A DNA stretch of 32,984 bases from Candidatus Poseidoniales archaeon (GTDB taxonomy: Archaea > Thermoplasmatota > Poseidoniia > Poseidoniales > Thalassarchaeaceae): the NCBI GenBank assembly GCA_028821815.1, contig JAPKEY010000001.1:1-32984 (forward strand). The letters are read 5' to 3'. Under the pieces are notes generated by a model that saw only the letters and a program-made list of their open reading frames with translations, searched no databases and was not told where the DNA came from. This document shows, piece after piece, positions 21,686 to 30,214 of this stretch. Both the position numbers and the translations under genes were made by a program. Position 1 is the first letter of the stretch, and each line of letters opens with the position of its first letter.

Positions 21686-21702
21686 GATGCCCTACGGGCA
21701 TC
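21686..21702 (-). terminator. 7-bp stem / TAC-triloop hairpin at the stop codon of the ATPase-KH gene
   Basis: The plus strand reads GATGCCC-TAC-GGGCATC. It overlaps the TGA (21701-21703) by 2 nt and lies 40 nt upstream of the thermosome ATG. Confidence 0.4.
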
Positions 21703-23047
21703 ATCTACGCCGTTTTCCCTTCTTTCCGCGGCGTCCACCGCCACTCTGTTCCCATGAGCGCCCTCCTTTCGAACGCTCAGCCTCCATATCCCATTCAGGG
21801 GCACTGCTACCAATTTTATTTGTGCCGCGGGGTATTTCAGCAGCAGCTTTAACCTTAATTTTGATACCAAATTCCTCTTCCATTCCTCGAACAGCAGAGC
21901 CACCTTGTCCTACGATGGCCCCAATGGCTCCATCATCAACAAAAATTGTGGCTGCGGTATCTGATGCCATCTCGACATGGTGAACTCTGACACCAGACCA
22001 TCGTTGAATCTGACGAGCGAGTTCAGCAGATGCTAATTTCCTGGCTGGACTCTGTGAATCAGACCCATCGACTGGGACGACCACGCATTCAGAACCAAAA
22101 GAAAATATCTCGTGGGTCATCTTGTTGGAAGGGAACGAGCGAACTTCAATGACTGGGCGAGATAAGTCGGACTCCATACTACTCGGTGCCTTAACCACCA
22201 TTTTTAATTCTAGAACTTGTGCAATTTGACCTTTTTCGATATGGATTACCGTGTCAAGAACTTGGCTAATCATACCCAATTCAACCTTTCCTATCAATCG
22301 TTGAACCGCTTCCAGTGCGCTATTAGCGTGAGTGACACCAAGCAGACCGACGCCGGCCAATCTTACGTCTGCAAATATCTCGAAATCTCTAGCGCGCCGA
22401 ACTTCATCAAAAATGACAAAATCAGGTCGGACCAAGAAAATTACTTCAGCCGTTTTTTCGAGATTTCCCTCTAGAGGGGCATATTGTGTCACCCTCTGTG
22501 GAACTTGCAAATCGCGAGGGGATTCCATGGTTTTGACCATCGCACCAATATCTTCGTCCAAATAGGCAGCGATTGCTTGAGCAAACGTAGTTTTCCCAGA
22601 ACCTGGTTTGCCGACGACAAATACGCCTCGATGATGGTCAGAAAGGCGCGCTATGAGGCGTGGATCCAATTCGTAATCACTGAGGGTAAGGTGAGCCACG
22701 GGGCGAACTACTGTGATTTCCCATGCTTCTGAGAAAGGGGGCCACGCACAGGTGATACGTAAATCTCCAGCTTGGATGATGCGGCAACCATCTCGCTCAA
22801 TCTCAACAAAACAATCTGAGCGGTGATCGTGTTGATCGATAATGGTTACTAGTTCGTCTGCGAGAGATTCCATTGTAGGCTTGTCCCACGCTGGGGTATC
22901 CAGTTCTTCCAATCGTAATTCAGTGATGTGTCCCGCTTTGACTCGTGGGGTACACTCCGCTTTCAAGAAAAGAGTAGATACTGTTTCATCGGCGAGTAAA
23001 GACTCGAGGAGGTCTGGAAGCGGGGGGTGGTCACCGAAGGTTGCCAT
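21701..23047 (-). CDS. Archaeal PilT/PhoH-like ATPase with a C-terminal KH domain (COG1855-type); the N-terminal PIN region appears truncated
   Basis: 448 aa. AWPPFSEAWEITVVRP, Walker A GKPGSGKTT, Walker B-like VIFDEVR, KH motif IGAIVGQGGSAVRGMEEEFGIKIKV, basic tail GGGRRGKKGKRRR. Only about 75 aa precede the conserved PPFS-EIT-VRP segment. Confidence 0.8.
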   Translation of the reverse strand: MATFGDHPPLPDLLESLLADETVSTLFLKAECTPRVKAGHITELRLEELDTPAWDKPTMESLADELVTIIDQHDHRSDCFVEIERDGCRIIQAGDLRITCAWPPFSEAWEITVVRPVAHLTLSDYELDPRLIARLSDHHRGVFVVGKPGSGKTTFAQAIAAYLDEDIGAMVKTMESPRDLQVPQRVTQYAPLEGNLEKTAEVIFLVRPDFVIFDEVRRARDFEIFADVRLAGVGLLGVTHANSALEAVQRLIGKVELGMISQVLDTVIHIEKGQIAQVLELKMVVKAPSSMESDLSRPVIEVRSFPSNKMTHEIFSFGSECVVVPVDGSDSQSPARKLASAELARQIQRWSGVRVHHVEMASDTAATIFVDDGAIGAIVGQGGSAVRGMEEEFGIKIKVKAAAEIPRGTNKIGSSAPEWDMEAERSKGGRSWEQSGGGRRGKKGKRRR

Positions 23048-23091
23048 CTTGTGGATGGCGTTGCCTACGGCTCATGAATGCTCTTGGAGAG

Positions 23092-23466
23092 TCAAGCCTT
23101 CTGTGGTTCGAGTTGGTACCATTGCCACCAAAGGTAGAGGCTTGTACTCACAGCGGTTAGGAATGCGCCTGTGGAAGGGAATCCAAATTGGTTGCGAAAG
23201 AGGGTATATAGGAGGGCGGTGAGGGCAATTAGCGCTAACCAGGCTGAGAATCTAATACCAGATATCCCCAAACCATTAGCCACGGCATTCCAATTTTTGA
23301 TTGTCCAATATATGAGCGCGAGGAGACTCACAATTGTGAGGTGGCCAAGCCACCAGGCCGCTGTTGCACCTAGTGCGTCAACGTAGAGGTTGTAGACGTC
23401 GCCTAAAATCGGTTCGCCCAAATTTAGTGCCATGATTGGGCGAAGTGGATTCGCCTCTTGAACCAT
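23092..23466 (-). CDS. Small hypothetical membrane protein (3 TM)
   Basis: Taken from the internal ATG at 23466 (MVQEANPL...), which avoids a 47-nt overlap with the upstream gene. It has W-rich hydrophobic helices and no recognisable family. Confidence 0.5.
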   Translation of the reverse strand: MVQEANPLRPIMALNLGEPILGDVYNLYVDALGATAAWWLGHLTIVSLLALIYWTIKNWNAVANGLGISGIRFSAWLALIALTALLYTLFRNQFGFPSTGAFLTAVSTSLYLWWQWYQLEPQKA

Positions 23467-23473
23467 CTCATCG

Positions 23474-24505
23474 TTACTCTTTCGTCGCACGCAATGCAGC
23501 TTCGACCAACCGCATGCCAATGACGCCGATCAGTCCGGGAGCAAGAAGATTAAGTGATTCTAATGAATTGCCGGCGGAAAGAGATTTGCTGGCTTCGGCG
23601 AATGCGCGTAATTCAGCGGTTAAACTCGGTTCACCGCCCTCGATTTCCACGCGTTCGCGTGGGGCTGCTCCAAATCCACCCCATTCTGGTCCACGAATAT
23701 TCTCTGGATGATTGTGCTTCCAAAGTCCAGTATGGTCGAGGTAATCGATGTGAAGAGATGCATCCCGGCCAATGATTCGCAACTCTCGAACCTTGCCCCG
23801 AACGCGACTGCGCCATGAGACTGTGATTTGAGCAGATGGGCCCAGCGGGTTGTCGCACGTGCCTGTTGGAAATCGCATGTGGATGACTGCGTGGTCTTCT
23901 ATACCCATAATTTCACTCGGTAGGGAGAATGCATCAATTTCTGCGGGATCGATGTCGCCCATGAGGTCTCTGCAAATGTCCATGTCGTGAATGGCCAAAG
24001 CAGCAATGACACCGATGTCGGGGCGGGGTTCGCGGACTGAGAGGCGTTCAGATTCAATGTGGAGAACCGGTCCAATCTCTCCGGCAGCAATCATATCAGC
24101 AGCTTTGCGAATTGCAACGTGGTACCGAAAGAGGTGCCCTACGCATAGCAGCCTGCCATGTTCCTCGGCACACGCAACAATGGATTGTGCCTCTACCTCG
24201 TTCATCGCCAATGGCTTTTCGACGAGTACATCAACGCCCTGTTCCATCAATGATATTGCAAGCGGTGCGTGTAGCGGTGTAGGTGTGGCAATTGTAGCAG
24301 CGTCAATGGCAAAAGTATCACGAAGTGTGAGTGCGTCTGTGTGCCACTCGCAATCAAACTCAGCGGCGAGTTCCTTCGCCCTGCTTTCATCGACATCACA
24401 AACGATGAGGCGGTCGATGATTTGTTCTTGCTTCAAGGTAACCCAAGTGCGAACGTGGTTCCGGCCCCAATAGCCCGTACCAACCACAGCAACGGTCAAT
24501 CCCAT
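23474..24505 (-). CDS. Gfo/Idh/MocA-family NAD-dependent sugar oxidoreductase (WbpB-like)
   Basis: From ATG 24505: MGLTVAVVGTGYWGRNH (Rossmann GxGxxG) ... VLVEKPLA (the EKP motif of the family). The upstream 70-codon extension in the track is R/S/P-rich and would overlap the divergent glycosyltransferase start. Confidence 0.85.
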   Translation of the reverse strand: MGLTVAVVGTGYWGRNHVRTWVTLKQEQIIDRLIVCDVDESRAKELAAEFDCEWHTDALTLRDTFAIDAATIATPTPLHAPLAISLMEQGVDVLVEKPLAMNEVEAQSIVACAEEHGRLLCVGHLFRYHVAIRKAADMIAAGEIGPVLHIESERLSVREPRPDIGVIAALAIHDMDICRDLMGDIDPAEIDAFSLPSEIMGIEDHAVIHMRFPTGTCDNPLGPSAQITVSWRSRVRGKVRELRIIGRDASLHIDYLDHTGLWKHNHPENIRGPEWGGFGAAPRERVEIEGGEPSLTAELRAFAEASKSLSAGNSLESLNLLAPGLIGVIGMRLVEAALRATKE

Positions 24506-24605
24506 GGACGCGCGACCTCGGTCTTGTTCAAGACGGTGTCGACTGTGGGTCGAATGTCTGCGAATATGGGGCGATTTGATGAGGTCGTGACCCGCCGCAG
24601 TTGGC

Positions 24606-25862
24606 ATGGGTGTCCGCATTCTAGCGGCTGTACGTGACCTCGACCCGCCGGCAGGCGGCGCCGAAATGTCGCTAGCAACACTCCTGAAGGGGGTTGTTCG
24701 CAATGGCCCTTTCATCGAAGATGCCCCTAATTATATTCCACTAGAAGGGGAAAGCGAGGGGAGTGGAGCGAGTGGTTGGTCGGTCAAGGTCTTCCAAAGT
24801 TCCAAGCGGGGCAAGGTTACGGATCTGACGCAAGGTAGTGAATTAGAGCGAGAAATCTGCAATCTACCTGTTGAAGATTTGTGGTCCGGCTTGGCTTGGC
24901 GGTTACGCAATAGAAGAACTGGGCGGAATCGGTTGGGATTTGAACGACAGCACCTTCTGAAAAGCAACCGAGCATTTGCAAAATGGTTGGCCCCATTTCT
25001 TGCAGCTGAAATCCAATCTGCTGATGAAAATGGGGATGTTTTGCTTGGTATCACCCAACTTCACTGGTCGGCTGGTGCATCAACCGCCTTTGCAAATGCG
25101 GGAATTCCATATCTTGCCTTTGTGCGAGATGAATTACAATTCAACCACCCCCGAATCTATCGTGATTCACTAAGGGGTGCTTCAGCGGTCTGTGGGGCGG
25201 GGCAAGGCCTCCTCAAGCAAATCCAGGGTGTATTCAACATTCAGTATGGCGCGCATGTCCCCCTTCCTGTGAATTATGCTGAACGTTTTGGGAATGCAGA
25301 TGATGTTTCTCGTAGACGGTTGGCGGGAGTGACTGCCCGTGTCGAAAGGAATGATGGGGCTGTACCGAGAATCGCAATTGTCGGTGTAACTCCGGAGAAA
25401 GGATTTGAATTCTACAACAAATTTCTACCTCATTTACAAACATCTTGGCCGGAGGTGCAAGTCGACGTGTATGGAGGTGGGTCGTACGCTGAGGCATTGG
25501 GCGATTTCAATAACGCAACATGGCAAGGACATGCCCCTGTGGAAGATGTCTTTTCGAATTGTGACGTGCATGTTCTCACTGTGGCGAGTACCGGTTCATG
25601 GGGGCGTGTTGTCAATGAAGCGGGTCTCTTTGGTGTCCCCTCTGTGACGATTGACATCGGAAGCCAATCGGAAGCAGTGGGTGACGGTGGGGTCGTAGTT
25701 GCCAAAGATGGATGTTTGGATGATTGGGTAATCGCAATCAAGGATGCGTATGAGAATCGAGAAGTGTACGGTGCGAAAGCGAAAGCGCATGCTGGAGTTG
25801 TCGATCATCGACGTTCAATCGCCATGTTTCGTAGTGCCATCCGCGATGTACTGCAACAATGA
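24606..25862 (+). CDS. Glycosyltransferase, GT-B fold (GT4-like)
   Basis: 418 aa. The N-terminus VRILAAVRDLDPPAGGAEMSLATLLKG is a typical GT4 start. The C-terminal half contains GSWGRVVNEAGLFGVPSVT...GSQSEAVGDGGVVV, an E-x7-E-like region. Confidence 0.75.
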   Translation: MGVRILAAVRDLDPPAGGAEMSLATLLKGVVRNGPFIEDAPNYIPLEGESEGSGASGWSVKVFQSSKRGKVTDLTQGSELEREICNLPVEDLWSGLAWRLRNRRTGRNRLGFERQHLLKSNRAFAKWLAPFLAAEIQSADENGDVLLGITQLHWSAGASTAFANAGIPYLAFVRDELQFNHPRIYRDSLRGASAVCGAGQGLLKQIQGVFNIQYGAHVPLPVNYAERFGNADDVSRRRLAGVTARVERNDGAVPRIAIVGVTPEKGFEFYNKFLPHLQTSWPEVQVDVYGGGSYAEALGDFNNATWQGHAPVEDVFSNCDVHVLTVASTGSWGRVVNEAGLFGVPSVTIDIGSQSEAVGDGGVVVAKDGCLDDWVIAIKDAYENREVYGAKAKAHAGVVDHRRSIAMFRSAIRDVLQQ

Positions 25863-25872
25863 AGGTGATTTG

Positions 25873-26790
25873 GTGGCGTATACTGATGTCAGTGTTGAAG
25901 AGGCCTCGTGGTTACTATCGGCGGCTGGAGTGGCACCACTGAGTAAGATGGAATCACTTGCTGGGGGGTGGGCCAATTCGAATTATCTGCTCACGCTCGA
26001 TGATGGTTTACAACTCGTCCTGAAGGTCTGGGATGAAAGGCCACCGGATGAAGTGAAGCAGATCATCGAGCATACGTGTTGGCTTGCAGATCACGGTGTG
26101 CTTACACCCGCCCCATTGCTATTGGAAGGGGGCGTGCGGATGCTTGTCAAAGATAATCTGGCATGGATGCTGATGCCGTATATTGCCGGTGGATGGTTGC
26201 CTTCAGATACTTCTTCACTTTACGAACTTGGTAAAGCGCAGGCACGGATGCATGCCGTTCCTATTCACGAAAGCATCTCCACCACATTCGCAATTGGATA
26301 TGTTCTCTGGGACAAAATGGTAAAAGAGGCCCATGAAGATGGTTCAATGACGCCGTTCCTTCAGCTATTGGAAGAAGAAAGTCGTCTCCTCAAGCAAAGT
26401 ATTCCAGTGGGTTTGCCATGTGGCATCATCCACGGCGACCTGTATCCTGACAACGTGATTGGGCGAGGGGGTGAGGTTCTGGCTCTACTTGATTTTGAAG
26501 AAATTTGCATCGAATCGTTCGCGATGGATCTTGTGACTACCTATGTTGGATTTGGCTGGAAAGATGGTTTGCCCGTTCCTGAATTGTGGGATGCGTTGTT
26601 GGCTGGATACGAATCGGTTCGACCGTTGACAGAGATGGAGCACGCTGCCCTTCCTGACTTGCATCGGTTTGCAGTCTTAGCCGTTGCAGCCTGGCGTTAT
26701 TGGCAATTCGTGATTCACGTACCTGGGACGGAACACACCAATCGATATGTGGAAATGATGGAAAGGTTAGACAAGCCGTTGCCTTTCTGA
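25873..26790 (+). CDS. APH/choline-kinase-fold phosphotransferase (homoserine kinase type II / sugar-1-kinase-like)
   Basis: The Brenner-type catalytic motif IIHGDLYPDNVI followed by LLDFEE is characteristic of the APH fold. The N-terminus (V)AYTDVSVEEASWLL...GGWANSNYLL resembles ThrB type II N-termini, so I prefer the GTG at 25873. An in-frame ATG at 25846 is the alternative. Confidence 0.75.
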   Translation: MAYTDVSVEEASWLLSAAGVAPLSKMESLAGGWANSNYLLTLDDGLQLVLKVWDERPPDEVKQIIEHTCWLADHGVLTPAPLLLEGGVRMLVKDNLAWMLMPYIAGGWLPSDTSSLYELGKAQARMHAVPIHESISTTFAIGYVLWDKMVKEAHEDGSMTPFLQLLEEESRLLKQSIPVGLPCGIIHGDLYPDNVIGRGGEVLALLDFEEICIESFAMDLVTTYVGFGWKDGLPVPELWDALLAGYESVRPLTEMEHAALPDLHRFAVLAVAAWRYWQFVIHVPGTEHTNRYVEMMERLDKPLPF

Positions 26791-26794
26791 TAGG

Positions 26795-27250
26795 TCACAT
26801 CTTCCGAGCGGGGTTACCTGCATAGGTACCTGGCTCCATGATGTCCTTGGTGACCACGCTACCCGCGCCGATGACGACATCGTCGCAGATACTAACGGGC
26901 ATAATGGTGGCATTGGTACCGATGCTCACACGATTGCCAATGGTGGTCTCTTTCCATAGGGTTTGATCTCCGCGCGCTGGGCCGCCAATACGGAATGGAT
27001 CGTTGATGAACATCGCACCATGACTGATGAAGCAATCCTCACCAACGGTTACAAGTTCACAAATGAAGGCGTGGGATTGGACTCGCGTACGTGCACCAAT
27101 CGATACCCTGCGCTGGATTTCAACAAAAGGGCCGACGAATACTCCATCGCCCAAAATGCAACCATAGAGATTCACAGGTTCAACCAAGGTGACATCGTTA
27201 CCGAACTCGACATCGACCACGCCGTTGGAGTGAATTCGGGGCTCGCCCAT
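26795..27250 (-). CDS. Left-handed beta-helix (hexapeptide-repeat) acyl/acetyltransferase (WbpD/WxcM-C-like)
   Basis: 151 aa. Successive hexapeptide turns (VGPFVEIQRRVSIGARTRVQSHAFICELVTVGEDCFISHGAMF ... IGNRVSIGTNATIMPVSICDDVVIGAGSVV). The size and pattern are those of sugar N-acetyltransferases. Confidence 0.8.
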   Translation of the reverse strand: MGEPRIHSNGVVDVEFGNDVTLVEPVNLYGCILGDGVFVGPFVEIQRRVSIGARTRVQSHAFICELVTVGEDCFISHGAMFINDPFRIGGPARGDQTLWKETTIGNRVSIGTNATIMPVSICDDVVIGAGSVVTKDIMEPGTYAGNPARKM

Positions 27251-27327
27251 GTAGAAGGCGGGGTGAATCTCTTGCTTGAATGGGTCGGTTGCATCATACT
27301 CAAAGCCTGCGCTGAATACCGGCGCTC

Positions 27328-27939
27328 ATGTCGGGAGACGGTGTGGAGATCGAGTATCGATTCTTCATACCGGACCCTGCTGTGCTACCCCCCCTGGGTA
27401 AGGGAGTCAAAATCATCCAATGCTATCTTCCAAAATGGAAGATCGAAATTGTCGAAAGGAATCTTTGCTTCGATGGTAGAATCTTGGTTCGGAATATCAA
27501 AATGGATGTGAATCGAAAACTCTCCACACTCATTGAGACTGCGAATATAACACCTCGAATTCGATTGATGGGGGGTAGGGCATTTGTCACAATCAAAGGT
27601 CCGACCACTGATTATGCCCGTGCTGAATGGGAATTTGAAGTGATGAAAGAAGAAGTTCAGGATTTGGTGACTTCATTCAGATTCCCACATGTTATGAAAA
27701 ATCGATATGAAGTTCCTGAAGAGAATGGGTTAGTATGGGAAATTGACTTCTTTGAAGGGGACAATCACGGGTTGGTAATGGCTGAACTCGAGGTTCCCTC
27801 TGTGGATCATGAATTTGTTCGACCCGAATGGTTGGGTGCTGAAGTTACCGAAGATAATCGATTTGGCAACGGCTCACTGGCACGTGATCCCTGGTGTGAT
27901 TGGAATAAGGATGTTCCACATCTTATGGTGTCCAACTGA
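27328..27939 (+). CDS. CYTH-domain protein (triphosphate tunnel metalloenzyme family)
   Basis: 203 aa. It has an EIEYRFFI start like the ExExK-type CYTH signature, and later WEIDFFEGDNHGLVMAELEV, the typical h-D-x-F-x-G-x-x-x-G-L-x-h-A-E-h-E strand. Confidence 0.75.
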   Translation: MSGDGVEIEYRFFIPDPAVLPPLGKGVKIIQCYLPKWKIEIVERNLCFDGRILVRNIKMDVNRKLSTLIETANITPRIRLMGGRAFVTIKGPTTDYARAEWEFEVMKEEVQDLVTSFRFPHVMKNRYEVPEENGLVWEIDFFEGDNHGLVMAELEVPSVDHEFVRPEWLGAEVTEDNRFGNGSLARDPWCDWNKDVPHLMVSN

Positions 27940-29020
27940 GTACCGCATCAACGACACGTTGGACTTCATCGTCGGTCAAAAGTGGCATCACGGGGATGCT
28001 GACTATATCGTCACAAACAGCTTCTGTCAATTCCAATGAGCCTCGTACACCTTGTGGATGGTCTGCATAAACTGGTTGAAGATGGCAGGGAATTGGGTAG
28101 TGGATACCTGTTGAGATATTCATTGAATCTAAGTGGGCGCAGAATGACTCTCTATCTGCTACCCGTACTACATATTGATGCCAAGCATGAACCGCACCGT
28201 CTCGAATCTTAGGAATCTTTACGTGTTCTAGAGCTGCAAAGGCCGCTGAATAAATTGTTGCAATTTCATTGCGTCGGGTAACCCACCCGTCAAGATGTTT
28301 GAGTTGTATTCGGCCGACACCGCACTGAATCTCTGAAAGTCGGAAATTGGTTCCGAGTACATCGTTTCGGTACTTGTCTAATCGCCCGTGATCAATGAAT
28401 GTCGAGACCCGTTGAACCAAATCTTCACGGTTGGTTAGAATGGCTCCACCGTCGCCACCCACAGCCATGTTTTTGCTTGGAAAGAATGAGAATGTTGCGA
28501 TGTCACCAAGAGAACCTACGCGTTGACCATTCAATGAGGCGCCATGGGCTTGAGCTGAGTCTTCGATGATTGGGATTCCGTGCTTTTTGGCGATTGCGAA
28601 TACTTCTGCATCAATCGGTTGGCCATATAGATGGACGGCGATGATGGCTTTTGTTCGAGGGGTGATGGCAGCTTCTACCGCTGCCTTGTCAAGTGTGTAG
28701 TAATCTTCTTCAATTTCAACAAAGACTGGGATGGCCCCCACCAATGAAATGCAAGTTGCACTGGCAATGTATGTGTGACTTGGAACAATGACCTCATCAC
28801 TATGACCGACATTAAGTGAATGTAGGGCTGCGATTAAGGCAACCGATCCATTGCTGCAAGGGGTTCCCGAAAGGGCCCCACAATACGCTGCCCATTCTGT
28901 ACCAAAGGCCTTTGATTCTGGGCCTTTAATCCACTGGCCTGATGCAAGGATTCTATTCGCTGTTTCAAGCATTTCGTCGTCGATGAACATTCGACCCATG
29001 GGGACTCGTTCAGTGGTCAT
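27923..29020 (-). CDS. DegT/DnrJ/EryC1/StrS-family PLP-dependent sugar aminotransferase (WbpE-like)
   Basis: 365 aa. IIEDSAQAHGA and FSFFPSKNMAVGGDGGAI contain the Schiff-base lysine context of the family. The 3-prime end overlaps the convergent CYTH gene by 17 nt. Confidence 0.9.
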   Translation of the reverse strand: MTTERVPMGRMFIDDEMLETANRILASGQWIKGPESKAFGTEWAAYCGALSGTPCSNGSVALIAALHSLNVGHSDEVIVPSHTYIASATCISLVGAIPVFVEIEEDYYTLDKAAVEAAITPRTKAIIAVHLYGQPIDAEVFAIAKKHGIPIIEDSAQAHGASLNGQRVGSLGDIATFSFFPSKNMAVGGDGGAILTNREDLVQRVSTFIDHGRLDKYRNDVLGTNFRLSEIQCGVGRIQLKHLDGWVTRRNEIATIYSAAFAALEHVKIPKIRDGAVHAWHQYVVRVADRESFCAHLDSMNISTGIHYPIPCHLQPVYADHPQGVRGSLELTEAVCDDIVSIPVMPLLTDDEVQRVVDAVLSWTP

Positions 29021-29127
29021 CTAGTGAGGCCGGGGGTGGAGCCCCTACTTGAGAAAGGTGGCTTCAAAATCGGCCGGATTGACCCCGTCGCTTTGATAAG
29101 AAAGTGGTTGGTCGCTGGATTGCTAAT

Positions 29128-29214
29128 GCAGAGGTTGCCAAGCTTGGTCAACGGCGCTGGGATGAGGTCCCAGTCCTCAGTGGTTCGCAGGTTCAAATCC
29201 TGCCCTCTGCACCA
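29128..29214 (+). tRNA. tRNA-Leu (anticodon GAG), class II with a long variable arm and genomically encoded CCA
   Basis: Hand fold: acceptor GCAGAGG/CCTCTGC; D arm GCCA...CGGC (13:22 mismatch); anticodon stem CTGGG/CCCAG with loop A-T-GAG-G-T; 13-nt variable arm; T arm GCAGG-TTCAAAT-CCTGC; discriminator A plus CCA. A TATA-like TTTGATAAGAAA lies about 30 nt upstream and a T5 run immediately downstream. Confidence 0.9.
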
Positions 29215-29325
29215 TACTTTTTCCAGTTACTGGTTAACATTTTAGATAATGTTTCCATTATTCGGTGTTTGTTGTCCTGTTTGCCGCGCGCGAATGGTTA
29301 TGTGGCCTGTTCGTTCGGACTCTGT

Positions 29326-30135
29326 ATGATGGGTGAAGAATGGGGTCATCGAAAGCGTGCCCGTGCTGTCGTTCGTGGGGTTTCTTCGAACTTTGATCAG
29401 GCTATTTCCTCCTACTTTGGCACCCATACCCCCGACCCGGTTTCCGCTCGTGAGGCGCATGCCGATTATGTCGCTGCTCTACGTGAACAAGGGGTGGAAA
29501 TTGTGAGTCTCCCGGGATTGGATGAATATCCTGATTGCACGTTTGTTGAAGACGCTGCGGTCGTAGTTGCGGATTTTGCGGTTATCCCAGTCATGGGACA
29601 TCCGACACGAGAGGGGGAGCAGGTGGCAATTCAAGAGTTACTTGGCAAAGATCTCGGTCTTATCCAAATGCCAGAAGGGGCCACGATGGATGGTGGTGAC
29701 GTTGTCTTTTTCGATGATTGCTTTTTACTAGGTAAATCAACTCGGACAAATGCGGCAGGGATTGCCTTTTTTGAGCAGGTTGTGGGTGATCTTGGATATG
29801 GAACGATGACCCTTGAAGTTCCAGATTCTACCTTGCATTTAACGACTGTTTGTTCGTCTCCAAAACCAGGAATGTTGGTGGCTGCTGAAGGCCATCTAAC
29901 ACCTGAGCAATTGGCGCCGCTCGCAAACAATGGTGTTGAAATTTTATGGGTGCCAAACGAAGAAGCATATGCTGCAAATCTAATTGGATTCGAAAATGGG
30001 GTTGTGATCATTTCAGCTGATTATCCAATCACAAAACGGATTATAGAAGATGCTGGATTTACTACTCGAAGCGTTGACATGGCGCATATTCGGGCCGCAG
30101 ATGGTAGCTTGACTTGCTGCTCTATATTCTACTGA
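29326..30135 (+). CDS. Amidinotransferase-fold enzyme, dimethylarginine dimethylaminohydrolase (DDAH)-like
   Basis: From ATG 29326, 269 aa. PDCTFVEDAAVV, TMDGGDVVF, LHLTTVCS and the C-terminal ADGSLTCCSIFY (catalytic Cys context) fit the DDAH/arginine-deiminase superfamily. The longer track ORF (from 29104) would run through the tRNA gene. Confidence 0.75.
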   Translation: MMGEEWGHRKRARAVVRGVSSNFDQAISSYFGTHTPDPVSAREAHADYVAALREQGVEIVSLPGLDEYPDCTFVEDAAVVVADFAVIPVMGHPTREGEQVAIQELLGKDLGLIQMPEGATMDGGDVVFFDDCFLLGKSTRTNAAGIAFFEQVVGDLGYGTMTLEVPDSTLHLTTVCSSPKPGMLVAAEGHLTPEQLAPLANNGVEILWVPNEEAYAANLIGFENGVVIISADYPITKRIIEDAGFTTRSVDMAHIRAADGSLTCCSIFY

Positions 30136-30154
30136 TAGGTCGCTATGCGACCTA
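30136..30154 (+). terminator. 8-bp stem / TAT-triloop hairpin immediately after the DDAH-like gene stop
   Basis: TAGGTCGC-TAT-GCGACCTA begins 1 nt after the TGA (30133-30135). Confidence 0.4.
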
Positions 30155-30214
30155 CGCACACACGTAGCGCGCGAGAGCGGTGGTTTCAACAATGCATGAG
30201 TGGTCCCGAGATTG

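Noticed and set aside
24506-24715. N-terminal 70-codon extension of the Gfo/Idh/MocA ORF
   Set aside because: It is R/S/P/T-rich with no fold signal, and it would overlap the divergent glycosyltransferase start at 24606. The Rossmann GxGxxG motif follows directly after the internal ATG at 24505.
29128-29214. tRNA-Leu as an integration hotspot for a genomic island
   Set aside because: There is no integrase or recombinase nearby, and I did not see a direct repeat of the tRNA 3-prime end in the window. The flanking genes are ordinary metabolic or peptidase genes.
29104-29325. 5-prime part of the 343-aa ORF upstream of the DDAH-like gene
   Set aside because: This stretch runs through the tRNA-Leu gene (29128-29214). 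The enzyme-like sequence begins only after the ATG at 29326.
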